From positions 1-42,310 of the forward strand of contig CALMGJ010000002.1 in the NCBI GenBank assembly GCA_937863565.1: a stretch of 42,310 nt of DNA, read 5' to 3'. A program made the translations under genes and the position numbers. The stretch comes from an uncultured bacterium (GTDB lineage Bacteria > AUK180). Every line of letters begins with the position of its first letter. The stretch's first letter is position 1. Below the pieces are notes generated by a model that was given only the letters and a program-made list of their open reading frames with translations, searched no databases and was not told the origin of the DNA. Below are positions 1-9,691 of the stretch, one piece after another.

Positions 1-21
1 TTCTAAGATAAAAGCCGACCT

Positions 22-1968
22 CTATTTGATGATCATGAACTTCCCGGTCAGTTCCGGAGAACCGTCGGCGGGAACGACCCTGATGAAATAAATACCCGAG
101 GAGAGCGCTTGCCCCTGATCATTGGTCAGATTCCATTGATGGTCCGCATCGCCTTCCGCGTGCTGTATGGTTCTCACTTTAACGCCGGAATACGAGTATA
201 TATTGATCGTGCACCAGTCGGGAAGATGTATTATATCCACTTTTCGGTCCGTGCTCTCCCATGTAGAGTACTGGCCGCTGATATACGGATTGGGGACGAC
301 TTCGATCTGACCCTTCCACTCGGCAGGGGTTGAGGCATCCACCCATTTCGGTGTCAGCGGGAGCACATTGGCCAAAGCCGAAGAGTATGCCGGGTCTATA
401 ACCGGCGTAGCGCTTCTATTGCCTTTGTCATAGGCAACAACAGCATAGTAGTATGTGAACCCGTTGAATATGGCGGGATCGGTATCCGTGTATTCGGCAA
501 AATAAGTATTAGTCCAGGTCTGGGGATTCATTTCGGATTCAGGTATCACGCCCCATTTGGTATACACGTAAGTGGAGTCACATTGAAGAACAAGAGCATA
601 ATCTCCGAGATCTATATCCCCGAGCCCGGTCAAGTTCCTGTAAACCCTGTAGCCGTCCCAATCCCTTATACCTGAATTGGGCGGGTCCTGGGAAGCTTCC
701 GACCCGTATTCGTATTCCGGCCATGGATCTTCTTCCTCTTCGTAATATCCCGTAAAGACACCGGGACGCGGTTTGGGAATATAATTCCGGTTGCGAGACC
801 ATTTCAGATAGACGCTCTTATTTCCCGCGGTCCCTCTCAGATACGGGGCATTAGGCGGCGGATTCGGCAATGTCCAGTTATTCGCCTTCACGCTCCGGGC
901 CGTATCGGAATTTTTCAGGTATCTCTGGACATCGTATCCCATAACATCTGCCCAGGCTATTTCTACCGTAGAACCCGAGGGCAGATCGTATGGCCCGAAA
1001 CTGGCTATCATCAAAGCATCATGCGGGAATGTGTTCTTCTCGTCAAGCCTCGTATCGGAAAGAATGTTCCAGAAAAACTCGTCGTTCCATTCCTGCCAGC
1101 CTTCATATGTAAGATCTAGTTTTACCGATCTCAATGGTTCATCCTCGAAGAACGTCATTCCGACAACACCGAATTCTTTGGAAGAGTGCTTTGTATAACA
1201 TGTGCCGTGATCGGCATCATAGAACGAGATATTGCTCGCCGCATTGGGCCTGTCCACATCGGGATCCATGAAAAGGCCGATATAAAACCCGTTGTAATCG
1301 TACTCCGATTCGTTCAGAAGCGTCACTACCCTTATCTGGAAGGCGTCTGCGCTGGGGTAATTCCACCTCAAGTTCCTTACCCATCCCAGAATGCCCAGCG
1401 GTTTCTTGCTGTGAACATCATCGAAAAATGATAAATAATCGGACTGTGAATAATTCTCGATGAACTCCCTGTTGATCGAGGCAAAATAGAATCCGTAGAA
1501 ACTGGTAAGGCCCCTGTATTTTCCGGGATAGTAAGCGAGGGAATCGATCGGGGACTGTATGTCCGATTCAATGAGAAAATCGGAGACGATCTTATTGTAG
1601 CCGAACATGATGCTGTGATCGGATACGATCTGGCCGTATTCATGCCCGCCGAGGTTCTTAGGATATTGCCAGCCGGCAAAATAGGGAGCCCAGCCGCCGG
1701 CCCAGTCCGGATTCGAAAGCCAGCCGAACCACCAGGCGCTTGACCCGGCCGTGATCCCGTAATTACCGTAACAATCATTATATTCGGAGCACAGCAAGGA
1801 TACCCAGAGCGAATCGTGCGGGATGACATAACTGCAGAAATAGAAATTGCGTTTTTCCTCTTGTGTGTCCGCCGGCCGCATTTCAATTCTCCGGAAAGGA
1901 TTCTCTCCTCTGACCGGTGCGGACATTAAGATCACCGCGGCGGCGATAAGTACTGCTTTTTTAAACAT
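22..1968 (-). CDS. Secreted protein (648 aa) with FN3-like region and C-terminal T9SS type A/FlgD-Ig-like sorting domain
   Basis: Signal peptide MFKKAVLIAAAVILMSAPVRG; FN3-like PPPNAP..GNKSVYLKW..DWDGYRVYR..NGFTYYYAVVAYD; C-terminus IEVVPNPY..INIYSYSGVKVRTI..WNLTNDQGQALSSGIYFIRV..GKFMIIK. Confidence 0.8.
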   Translation of the reverse strand: MFKKAVLIAAAVILMSAPVRGENPFRRIEMRPADTQEEKRNFYFCSYVIPHDSLWVSLLCSEYNDCYGNYGITAGSSAWWFGWLSNPDWAGGWAPYFAGWQYPKNLGGHEYGQIVSDHSIMFGYNKIVSDFLIESDIQSPIDSLAYYPGKYRGLTSFYGFYFASINREFIENYSQSDYLSFFDDVHSKKPLGILGWVRNLRWNYPSADAFQIRVVTLLNESEYDYNGFYIGLFMDPDVDRPNAASNISFYDADHGTCYTKHSSKEFGVVGMTFFEDEPLRSVKLDLTYEGWQEWNDEFFWNILSDTRLDEKNTFPHDALMIASFGPYDLPSGSTVEIAWADVMGYDVQRYLKNSDTARSVKANNWTLPNPPPNAPYLRGTAGNKSVYLKWSRNRNYIPKPRPGVFTGYYEEEEDPWPEYEYGSEASQDPPNSGIRDWDGYRVYRNLTGLGDIDLGDYALVLQCDSTYVYTKWGVIPESEMNPQTWTNTYFAEYTDTDPAIFNGFTYYYAVVAYDKGNRSATPVIDPAYSSALANVLPLTPKWVDASTPAEWKGQIEVVPNPYISGQYSTWESTDRKVDIIHLPDWCTINIYSYSGVKVRTIQHAEGDADHQWNLTNDQGQALSSGIYFIRVVPADGSPELTGKFMIIK

Positions 1969-1989
1969 CGTCGGCCTCTTTTTATGTTC

Positions 1990-1998
1990 ATTATACCA
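1990..1998 (-). promoter_or_regulatory. Putative extended -10 promoter for the 648-aa secreted protein
   Basis: Minus strand TGGTATAAT about 21 nt upstream of the ATG; AAGAGG SD-like sequence before the ATG. Confidence 0.5.
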
Positions 1999-2020
1999 TT
2001 AAATTAAAAAAAACATAATA

Positions 2021-2049
2021 TTGACAAAAAACCGAATATTGAGTACCAT
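2021..2049 (+). promoter_or_regulatory. Putative sigma70 promoter for the GT4-GT2-TPR operon
   Basis: TTGACA(2021-2026)-17 nt-TACCAT(2044-2049), 6 nt before ATG 2056. Confidence 0.6.
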
Positions 2050-2055
2050 AAAATT

Positions 2056-3132
2056 ATGAAGATCGCTCATCTCGACTTCGAGAACTATTTACGGGGTGGA
2101 CAAAAACAGATCATGTACCTTCTTGAGGGCTTGCGCGCGGGCGGGGTTTCCTGTGTTCTGTTCGGACGGGCAGGTTCACCGCTTTTCAATTGGGCTCTTG
2201 AAAGGGGGTTCCCTGCGTACGGTTACCGTTTTCTCTCCGTCTACGACCCGTTTTTCATAAACCGGCTGAGAAAAGACCTTTTCCGGGAAAAACCCGATGC
2301 GGTTCATTTCCATTCGGGGCATGCACATACTGCGGGATATCTTGCCATACCGGAAGGAAGCCCTATAAAGAAACTTCTTACAAGAAGAGTGCCGTTCATA
2401 CTGAAGAACGATCCCTTTACAAAAAAGAAATACTCCGCTCTCGATATGTCCGTAGCCATCTCGGCATATATTAAAACGATGCTTGAACGGAGGATGCCCG
2501 TAAATAAGATCGCATTCATCAGAAGCGCCGTTTCCTTTCCCGAGCGGCCCGTGAGAAAGGCCATACCGGAAGGCGTGGAGCAGGAGCAATTCAAGATCGC
2601 CGTGGCCAGCGCTTTGAAGATCGGCCGGGATAAGGATTTCCGTACACTTTTTTCCGCAATGAAAATACTCCATGACCCCCGCATTACGATGATGGTCTTC
2701 GGCTGCGGGCCCGATGAGAAAAAGATAAAAAAAATGGCTGAGGATCTCGGAGTATCCAAAGATATTGTCTTTGCGGGATTCAAAGACGATATGTTCCCGT
2801 ACCTTAAGGGAGCGGATATTTTCGTTCATTCCGTTTTCAACGAGGCGCTCGGCACCTCTATTATTGAAGCCATGTTCTGCGGTCTGCCGGTCATCGCTTC
2901 GGCCGCTGGCGGCATACCCGAGGTCGTACACAACGGCGAGAACGGTTTTCTTTTCGAACCCGGAAATGCCTCCATGCTCGCGGATATGATCATCCATTTA
3001 AAAAATGACGAAGTATTGAGAAAAGAGATCTCCGAACGGAACAGAAAAGCCGGGGAGGATTTCTCTTCCGAGCGTATGGTGCGCTCTTATCTTGAATTGT
3101 ACAGGAATCTTACGGAGGGTAACGGTGCCTGA
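2056..3132 (+). CDS. Glycosyltransferase family 4 (GT-B)
   Basis: RGGQKQ N-terminal motif, DAVHFH, EALGTSIIEAMFCGLPVIASAAGGIPEVV (EX7E) signature. Confidence 0.92.
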   Translation: MKIAHLDFENYLRGGQKQIMYLLEGLRAGGVSCVLFGRAGSPLFNWALERGFPAYGYRFLSVYDPFFINRLRKDLFREKPDAVHFHSGHAHTAGYLAIPEGSPIKKLLTRRVPFILKNDPFTKKKYSALDMSVAISAYIKTMLERRMPVNKIAFIRSAVSFPERPVRKAIPEGVEQEQFKIAVASALKIGRDKDFRTLFSAMKILHDPRITMMVFGCGPDEKKIKKMAEDLGVSKDIVFAGFKDDMFPYLKGADIFVHSVFNEALGTSIIEAMFCGLPVIASAAGGIPEVVHNGENGFLFEPGNASMLADMIIHLKNDEVLRKEISERNRKAGEDFSSERMVRSYLELYRNLTEGNGA

Positions 3133-3898
3133 GCTGACGCTGATCGTAACGACGTTCAATGAGGAGAAGAATATCGGGCAATGCCTTGAGATGGCCGGGT
3201 GGGCGGACCAGATCATAGTCGTTGATTCCTTCAGTACGGACAGGACTCCGGAGATCGTCCGCGCCTTCCCTAAGGTGGAATTATTTCAAAGAGAATATAA
3301 ATATCCGGCTGACCAGAAGAACTGGGCAATAGAGAAGGCCCGGGGAGAATGGATACTTATACTTGATGCAGATGAGGTCTTAACCCCCCATCTCTCCGAA
3401 GAGATCAGAAGAACAGTGAACTCGGAGACACCCGTCTGCGGTTTTTTTATAAAAAGGGCCGGTTATTTCCTCGGGCACAGGATACGCTTCTCCGGATGGC
3501 AGAACGACAAGGTCATGAGGCTTTTCAAAAGGGGGAGGGGCAGATATTCCGAGGAGACCTATCTTCACGAGAAGATGATCATCGGGGGGCCGGCCGGAAC
3601 TCTTTCCGGAAACATGCTCCATTACAGCTTTCATTCGATAGATCAGTATCTCGAAAAGATGCGGCGCTATGCGGATTATGCCGCACGGGATAAAATGGAA
3701 AAGGGAAGGGCATCGAACCCTTTCATAATGATCTTACGGTTCAAGTTGAAGTTCTTTAAAAGTTATTTTCTGCAACTCGGCATTCTGGACGGGTTCTGGG
3801 GATTTTATCTCTGTCTTCTGTCGGCATTCGCCGAAATGCTGAAATGGCTCAAGCTCTATCTTCTGAGAAGGGATGCCGGCAGTGGCCGAAAAAACTGA
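3125..3898 (+). CDS. Glycosyltransferase family 2 (KdtX/WaaE/LgtF-like LPS glucosyltransferase)
   Basis: TFNEEKNI, VVDSFSTDRT, QKNWA..WILILDADE, HE, LHYS; GTG start at 3125 after GGAGGG, overlapping the upstream stop. Confidence 0.88.
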   Translation: MPELTLIVTTFNEEKNIGQCLEMAGWADQIIVVDSFSTDRTPEIVRAFPKVELFQREYKYPADQKNWAIEKARGEWILILDADEVLTPHLSEEIRRTVNSETPVCGFFIKRAGYFLGHRIRFSGWQNDKVMRLFKRGRGRYSEETYLHEKMIIGGPAGTLSGNMLHYSFHSIDQYLEKMRRYADYAARDKMEKGRASNPFIMILRFKLKFFKSYFLQLGILDGFWGFYLCLLSAFAEMLKWLKLYLLRRDAGSGRKN

Positions 3899-5060
3899 AA
3901 ATATCCGATACGCTTATCTGGCTTATGTTCACCTGGGAGAAATATATTTTCTAACCGGGAAAAGGAAGGAGGCCCTTGACCTGTACACAGATATGGGCCG
4001 CACGATCAAGGAAACAAGAGAAAGAACGATGGCGCTCATACGGGCCGGGGAAGTGCATGTGTATTCGAGTTCATGGGATGCCGGAGGCGATCTTCTTTCA
4101 AAGGCCGGGACTCTCTGCAAAAGATTCGGTTATATGGACGGTTATGCCGAAGTATGTATTCTCGAAGCATGGTTCTACAGGGCAAAAGCGAATTACGGTA
4201 AAGCCCTGGAGCGGGCTTTTGAGGCGGATGCGATTCTCCATAAAGAGAGTTTCCGCGCCCGGGAGAGGGCAAGATTGAAATTAAAGCTTTTTAATACTCT
4301 CGGCGTGATCTGCTGGGAACGGTGCGAATATAAAAAGGCGATCAAATATTATAAAGACGGGATCGCTATCGCAAAAAAACTAAAGAATCTTAAGGCTATC
4401 GGAGCGCTCTCTGTCAATCTCGGCATCATATATTATGATACGGGACATTTCGAAGATGCGCTGAAATTAGCCGAGAGCCAGATCGAGATATCGGTTAAAA
4501 CGGGAGTGGTCCTCAATGAAGCCCTGGCCCATCAGAGCGCAGGGACCGCGCTTTACGCTCTCAAGAGATGCGATGAAGCGCTCAAACATCATGAAATATC
4601 AAGAAGTCTTTTTAAAAAATTCGGGACAAAGAAAGATTATCTTCCCTCATACTGCAATATCGGTGCCGTATACCAGGAAAAGGGCCTTTTTGAGAAAGCT
4701 TTGCATTACTACCGTGAATACATGTCAAACGCGCGGGAACTGGGAGAAAGAAGGAGCGAGGCCCTCGCATCCTGCAATATCGGTTACTGCCTAATGTCGC
4801 TTAAAAGATTTGAGGAGGCCGAAGGTTATTTCCTGGATTATCTTCGCCTTTCCGAGGAAATCGGTCACAGATACGGCATAATGAAAGCGAATTATTATCT
4901 TGCATATGTGCACGGGACCGTGAATGATTTTAAAAGGGCGCTTGTATTTTTAAAAAAAGCGTTCTCTCTCGCAAAGGAGATCGGCAGCAATCAAACTATT
5001 TCAGAGATCGAAGTGTTGGCCCGGGAATATCCGCAGTATTACGGCGAACTTCTAAGATAG
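3873..5060 (+). CDS. Tetratricopeptide repeat protein
   Basis: Repeated NLG/NIG..Y...G.(F/Y)..A...Y helices (NTLGVICW, NLGIIYYDTG, NIGAVYQEKG, NIGYCL); start could be 3873 or 3882. Confidence 0.82.
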   Translation: MPAVAEKTENIRYAYLAYVHLGEIYFLTGKRKEALDLYTDMGRTIKETRERTMALIRAGEVHVYSSSWDAGGDLLSKAGTLCKRFGYMDGYAEVCILEAWFYRAKANYGKALERAFEADAILHKESFRARERARLKLKLFNTLGVICWERCEYKKAIKYYKDGIAIAKKLKNLKAIGALSVNLGIIYYDTGHFEDALKLAESQIEISVKTGVVLNEALAHQSAGTALYALKRCDEALKHHEISRSLFKKFGTKKDYLPSYCNIGAVYQEKGLFEKALHYYREYMSNARELGERRSEALASCNIGYCLMSLKRFEEAEGYFLDYLRLSEEIGHRYGIMKANYYLAYVHGTVNDFKRALVFLKKAFSLAKEIGSNQTISEIEVLAREYPQYYGELLR

Positions 5061-5079
5061 AAGGCGAGGGGGTTTTAGA

Positions 5080-7182
5080 TCATCTTTGTCCGGTTTCCAG
5101 TATATCCAGAATGAACGCGTACTGTTCAGCAACCGTATCGTAATAATCGAAGCGGCCGGAATCGCCGAAATGACCGAAGTCCGTGGTCTTAAGGATCAGG
5201 ATATTATCATCCGTTTTCATGGCCCTCAGTTTACTGACATATTTCAGATGCTCCCAGTAATTAACCCGCTGGTCGTTAAATCCCGATATAACCAAGATAT
5301 TCGGATAAACGGCGGCACGGATGTTCTGATAAGGACAGTATGACCGTATATACCGGAATATCTCCTTATCGTTCGGGTCTCCCCATTCATCATATTCGAG
5401 GAGCGTTCCCGAAAGCGTTGTATCGAACATCGTATTGAGGACATCCACGAAAGGCACCGACATGATCGCGGCATAATAGTATCCCGTCCCTCTGTTCAGA
5501 ACCGCTCCGGCAAGGAGCCCTCCCGCGCTTTCACCTTTCAGCGCAATAAGCCCGGCCGAAGTATATTTTTCCGAGATAAGAAATTCCGTACAGGCGATAA
5601 AATCATCAAAGGTGTTTTTCTTTTTTAGAAGCCGCCCGTCATCGTACCATTTTTTTCCCATTTCCCCGCCGCCGCGGACATGTGCCACCGCATAGATGAA
5701 GCCCCGGTCGATAAGGCTCAGAACAGACGGATCGAAATCGCATGTGGTGCTGTCCCCGTAGGCGCCGTACCCGTAGATCAAAAGGGGGTTCTTGCCGTTC
5801 TTCTCAAGCCCTTTCCTGTATACGAGGGAGACCGGTATTTCCGCGCCGTCGGAAGAGGCCGCATAGATCCTTTCGGAAACATAGTTGGAGCTTTCGTATC
5901 CTGCCACCTTCTCCTTCCTGAGAAGTATATGGTCATTGCTTCTCATATCATAGTCCACAACGGATTCGGGGGAAGTAAAAGAACTTTGAGAGAACCGGGC
6001 GTAGTAGGTGTCAAATTCCGGATTATTGCCGAAATAGATGGCGAGGGTGGGATCATCAAATGTATGCAGGATCTCTTTCCCCGTTTTAAGATCAATGAAT
6101 CTGAGCGCATTTCTGAAATTCTTCGATTCCAGAACGGCAATGTGGTTTTTAAATATATCGAAAGATATCGCGGTATCTTCCCGGTGAGGGATGAAGTCGC
6201 GCCAGCCCTCCATCCCCGGGCGCGAGATATCCGCTTTTGATATCTTGAAATTATATGCGCCGCAGGCATTGTTAAGGATATAGAGAACTCCGTTATTGTG
6301 CGCGCAGCCGTATTTCAGGCCCTTTTGCCTTTTTTGTACGAGTTTCGGAAAAACATCCGCCCCGGAGGCAGAAAGCAGGTATTCTTCATTCTCATTATTA
6401 CTGCCCGTATCTATCAGGATATATTCATTATCCTTTGTCTTGCCAATACCTACCTGAAAAGCGGGTTCTTTCTCCTCATAAAGAAGGATATCGCTCTTCT
6501 GTTCGGTTAGCAGCATATGCATATAAGCCTTTTTAACCGAATTATCATAGGTCTCCAGCAGGGTATAGAAAACGCAGTCTCTCGATTCGGCCCACTCGAA
6601 TTCCGATACCGGTTCTAATCTCTCTTCCAGCTCCTTCCCTGAAACAAGGTCTTTGATGATGAGGGTATACGCTTCGCTCCCCGTATTGTCGATCAGGTAT
6701 CCGAGGAACCGTCCGTCCGTGGAGCATTTTACGGAGGCAACATCGCAGTATTTTTTTCCCCGGGCGATCTCATTGACATCAAGAAGTATCTCTTCTTTTT
6801 TTGTTGTTCCGTCCATTCTGCAGAAAACGGGTTGATCGGTATCTTCGGCATATCTTCTGTAATAGAGGTATCTGCCGATCTTGTAGGGGACCGAGACGTC
6901 CTCTCTCTCCAGCCTTGATATCATTTCACTTTTCATCGTTTTTTTCAGTTCTGCGGAACGCTTCAGGATATATCCCGCATACCGGTTCTCGGCGGCAATA
7001 ACGGAGAGAACATCCTTGTTCTCCCTTTCTCGGTCTTTCATCCAGGAATAATCGTCCGTGACTTTCACGCCCGAATATACGCGAATATCGGGCCGGGGTT
7101 CCGGTTTCGGCGGCGCGGGGCGGCAGACGCTAAAGCACAGCACCGCGAGCATTAATAAGCCGAGAACGGTTCTTCTTTTCAT
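5080..7182 (-). CDS. ptrB: Oligopeptidase B (S9 family serine peptidase) with N-terminal export signal
   Basis: DDYSWM N-terminus, YGYGAYG, HVRGGGEMG..WY, GESAGG nucleophile, VPFVDV, NDQRV, GH; start MKRR at 7182 overlaps the waaA stop (ATGA). Confidence 0.88.
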   Translation of the reverse strand: MKRRTVLGLLMLAVLCFSVCRPAPPKPEPRPDIRVYSGVKVTDDYSWMKDRERENKDVLSVIAAENRYAGYILKRSAELKKTMKSEMISRLEREDVSVPYKIGRYLYYRRYAEDTDQPVFCRMDGTTKKEEILLDVNEIARGKKYCDVASVKCSTDGRFLGYLIDNTGSEAYTLIIKDLVSGKELEERLEPVSEFEWAESRDCVFYTLLETYDNSVKKAYMHMLLTEQKSDILLYEEKEPAFQVGIGKTKDNEYILIDTGSNNENEEYLLSASGADVFPKLVQKRQKGLKYGCAHNNGVLYILNNACGAYNFKISKADISRPGMEGWRDFIPHREDTAISFDIFKNHIAVLESKNFRNALRFIDLKTGKEILHTFDDPTLAIYFGNNPEFDTYYARFSQSSFTSPESVVDYDMRSNDHILLRKEKVAGYESSNYVSERIYAASSDGAEIPVSLVYRKGLEKNGKNPLLIYGYGAYGDSTTCDFDPSVLSLIDRGFIYAVAHVRGGGEMGKKWYDDGRLLKKKNTFDDFIACTEFLISEKYTSAGLIALKGESAGGLLAGAVLNRGTGYYYAAIMSVPFVDVLNTMFDTTLSGTLLEYDEWGDPNDKEIFRYIRSYCPYQNIRAAVYPNILVISGFNDQRVNYWEHLKYVSKLRAMKTDDNILILKTTDFGHFGDSGRFDYYDTVAEQYAFILDILETGQR

Positions 7183-8342
7183 CCCTTTTCCTTCAGTATC
7201 TTTAAAACCGCTTGTATATCGCATTTCATTTCATTTATCGCATTTTCAAAGTTGCAGTTCCCGGAGACGCCCATATCTGCGATCGCTTCGGAAAGTTGGC
7301 GCGCATCGGAGATCCTTTTGCCGACGCCGTGTTTTTCTATCGCGAGCGATTCGTATTTGAAATTTTCCGTATGGGGACCATAGAGCGTGTACGAACCGTA
7401 ACCAACGGGTTCCATAAGATTATGTCCTCCTGTACGGGAGGAAAAACTCCCTCCGACAAAAGTCAGTGCGGCCCGCGCATATATCTCAGCCGTCAATCCC
7501 ATCCTGTCAACGAGATAGACCCCTCCGGGATTTAAGTCATGAACGGATGTGAAGGCGGTAATATTCAGTTTTCCGAAATTCTTCATGATCTCGGAGGCTC
7601 TGTTCACATGGCGAGGCGCCAGGATGAATACTTTTTCCTTCCTGTTGGACATTCTCAATGCATCTAAAATAACAGCCTCGTCTTCAGGATGCGTGGACAC
7701 AAAAAAAATAATATTGCGCTTTTCGGACGGCCTGTAATCCAATCGGCAGTATTTTGTATTTTTCAGTACGGTGCTTCCGGCGCCGAGACGGCGGAAGTTC
7801 TCCCTTTGCTGCTCGTCCGGAACGCCGATCGCGTAAAAGCGCCGCAAGAGCATCTTATAGAAAGGCTTCATGATAAGGTATAAAGGCATATTGCGATTTG
7901 ACATCCTTCCGTTCAGGAGAACGGTTTTTCTGCCGGAAATGACCGATAGAAAAATCATGTTCGGGTTCAATTCGCTTTCGAAGACCGTTATGCCCGAGAA
8001 CCTCCTGATGAGCGGCAGCATAAAAAGAGGAAGGTCCGGAGGCAGAAATTCGGCACGGGCGCCCGCATTTTTCAACGCGGCAAAAGCAGTTGATGTGTTC
8101 GCGGAAAAAACCGCTTCGGGAAAAAGGGGAAGAAGGGCAAGACTTCCCCTGTGCTCACCTACGGATGCCGCATGGAAGAGCATCGGCGAAAATGTCTTAT
8201 AAAAACGGAACCTTTCGAAATAATCCCTTGTTCTTCTGTTCAGAAGAAAGAACGGGCAGATCAGAAAGGACAAAAAAACGGCGGCATGCAGGAATGCGTT
8301 GTACGCGATCAGTATAACGGAAAAAAGCAGGATATCAATCAA
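7179..8342 (-). CDS. waaA: 3-deoxy-D-manno-octulosonic acid (Kdo) transferase
   Basis: FHAASVGE, ESELNPN, NGRMS, STH..DE, LAPRH, DRMG, FVGGSF..GGHNLMEP. Confidence 0.88.
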   Translation of the reverse strand: MIDILLFSVILIAYNAFLHAAVFLSFLICPFFLLNRRTRDYFERFRFYKTFSPMLFHAASVGEHRGSLALLPLFPEAVFSANTSTAFAALKNAGARAEFLPPDLPLFMLPLIRRFSGITVFESELNPNMIFLSVISGRKTVLLNGRMSNRNMPLYLIMKPFYKMLLRRFYAIGVPDEQQRENFRRLGAGSTVLKNTKYCRLDYRPSEKRNIIFFVSTHPEDEAVILDALRMSNRKEKVFILAPRHVNRASEIMKNFGKLNITAFTSVHDLNPGGVYLVDRMGLTAEIYARAALTFVGGSFSSRTGGHNLMEPVGYGSYTLYGPHTENFKYESLAIEKHGVGKRISDARQLSEAIADMGVSGNCNFENAINEMKCDIQAVLKILKEKG

Positions 8343-8907
8343 ATTCTACTTTCGGGACCTCTTCCTTAGCGTTTTTAGTCGCTTGAAAATATTCCTCTTT
8401 CACTTTTATCTTGAACAGGTTGGCGACCAGAACACCCGGGAATTTCTTTGAGGCGACATTAAAGTTCTTGAGGGATTCATTATATCTCATCCGCGCCACG
8501 GATATCCTGTTCTCCGTTCCGGCCAGTTCATCCATCAGAGAGAGGAAGCTCTGATTCGCTTTAAGATCGGGATAATTCTCAACAACGACAAGAAGCCGCC
8601 CAAGAGCTCCCGTAAGCTCCTCATCCGCGGCAATCTTCTCTTTCATATCCTTCGCCCCGGCCATCCTGGCGCGGGCATCGGAGATATCTTTGATCACTTT
8701 CTCTTCGAATTTCATATAGCCCTTAACGCTTTCGACGAGATTCGGGATGAGATCCATTCTTCTTTGAAGCTGATTATCGATCTCGGACATAGATTCGGTC
8801 ACATTCTCTCTGAGTCCGATAAGACCGTTGTAAGAACCGAGAATCGCGATGCCGGCAAGAAGAAGCAGAACTATAAGTACTATTAATGCCGCGATGCCTT
8901 TTCTCAT
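8335..8907 (-). CDS. lemA: LemA family protein
   Basis: N-terminal TM, YNGL, QLQRRMDLIPNLVESVKGY, ENYPDLKANQ, LAGTENRISVARMRYN. Confidence 0.95.
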   Translation of the reverse strand: MRKGIAALIVLIVLLLLAGIAILGSYNGLIGLRENVTESMSEIDNQLQRRMDLIPNLVESVKGYMKFEEKVIKDISDARARMAGAKDMKEKIAADEELTGALGRLLVVVENYPDLKANQSFLSLMDELAGTENRISVARMRYNESLKNFNVASKKFPGVLVANLFKIKVKEEYFQATKNAKEEVPKVEFD

Positions 8908-8908
8908 A

Positions 8909-9682
8909 TCACACTCCGTCTATATAGTTAACGAGCAGAAACCATTCCCTGATGATCTCGAGAAAGGTTTTATCGTCCATGTCGAACTTGATGTTGCTGT
9001 ATTTGTAGTCATATGCCGATTTGATATGCCCCAGCGCAAGATTCATGTGAAGGCTTAAAAATTCAAAGACCTTTTCCGCCGGCAGAGAACTTATGGCCGT
9101 AAGGGCCTCCTTGTCCGAACCTGTTCCGAAAAGATTGATATATTTCTCCTTATGCGAGGAGTACTCCACGAAGATAACAGCTTTGAGAAGCAAGTTCAGC
9201 GAGGAAAGCGTTTTGAACACGATGTTCCTAATAAGCGATCTTGTGTGAGGCGCAAAGTATATCTCTCTCAATCTCACGAGTTTCGCTCTCAATTCCGATT
9301 CGAGTTCAGTGCGGAGTGTAAGCGGATCAATGTCTATTTCATCGAACATATCTCTCCCGTAAAGCTTGAAATGGCGCTGTTTCATATCCATGAATTCAAG
9401 GGGGAAAGCATCAATGGAATTTAAAAATTCCTTTTCTGTTAAAAAAAGAGGCATGCTCTTTCCCTTTCTCAGGATATAGTTTATGACCGGTTTCCATTTC
9501 TTCATTGAATGGATCTTAAGTTCGTTTGTTACGATCCCGATATTGATATTGGCTATGTATTTTACATCGCTTGTCGTAGAGCCGTAAGTGAAGATGAATG
9601 AGCAGTCGCTCAATAGCCCCTTTTGCTCCAATTTATCCATGATGACCGAAAGGTAAACATTCGTTTTCTCTTTTGAGATCAC
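8909..9682 (-). CDS. Nucleotidyltransferase-fold protein, apparently catalytically degenerate
   Basis: FIFTYGS..NINIGIV, PLFLT..E..S.DAFPLEFMDMK..LYGRD, LR.ELESELRAKL; GTG start after AGGAGG. Confidence 0.6.
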   Translation of the reverse strand: MISKEKTNVYLSVIMDKLEQKGLLSDCSFIFTYGSTTSDVKYIANINIGIVTNELKIHSMKKWKPVINYILRKGKSMPLFLTEKEFLNSIDAFPLEFMDMKQRHFKLYGRDMFDEIDIDPLTLRTELESELRAKLVRLREIYFAPHTRSLIRNIVFKTLSSLNLLLKAVIFVEYSSHKEKYINLFGTGSDKEALTAISSLPAEKVFEFLSLHMNLALGHIKSAYDYKYSNIKFDMDDKTFLEIIREWFLLVNYIDGV

Positions 9683-9691
9683 TCTTTCCTC

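Noticed and set aside
2176-2997. 273-aa minus-strand ORF, and similar ones at 21473-22261 and 36331-37011
   Set aside because: Lie opposite well-supported genes; typical codon-bias shadows.
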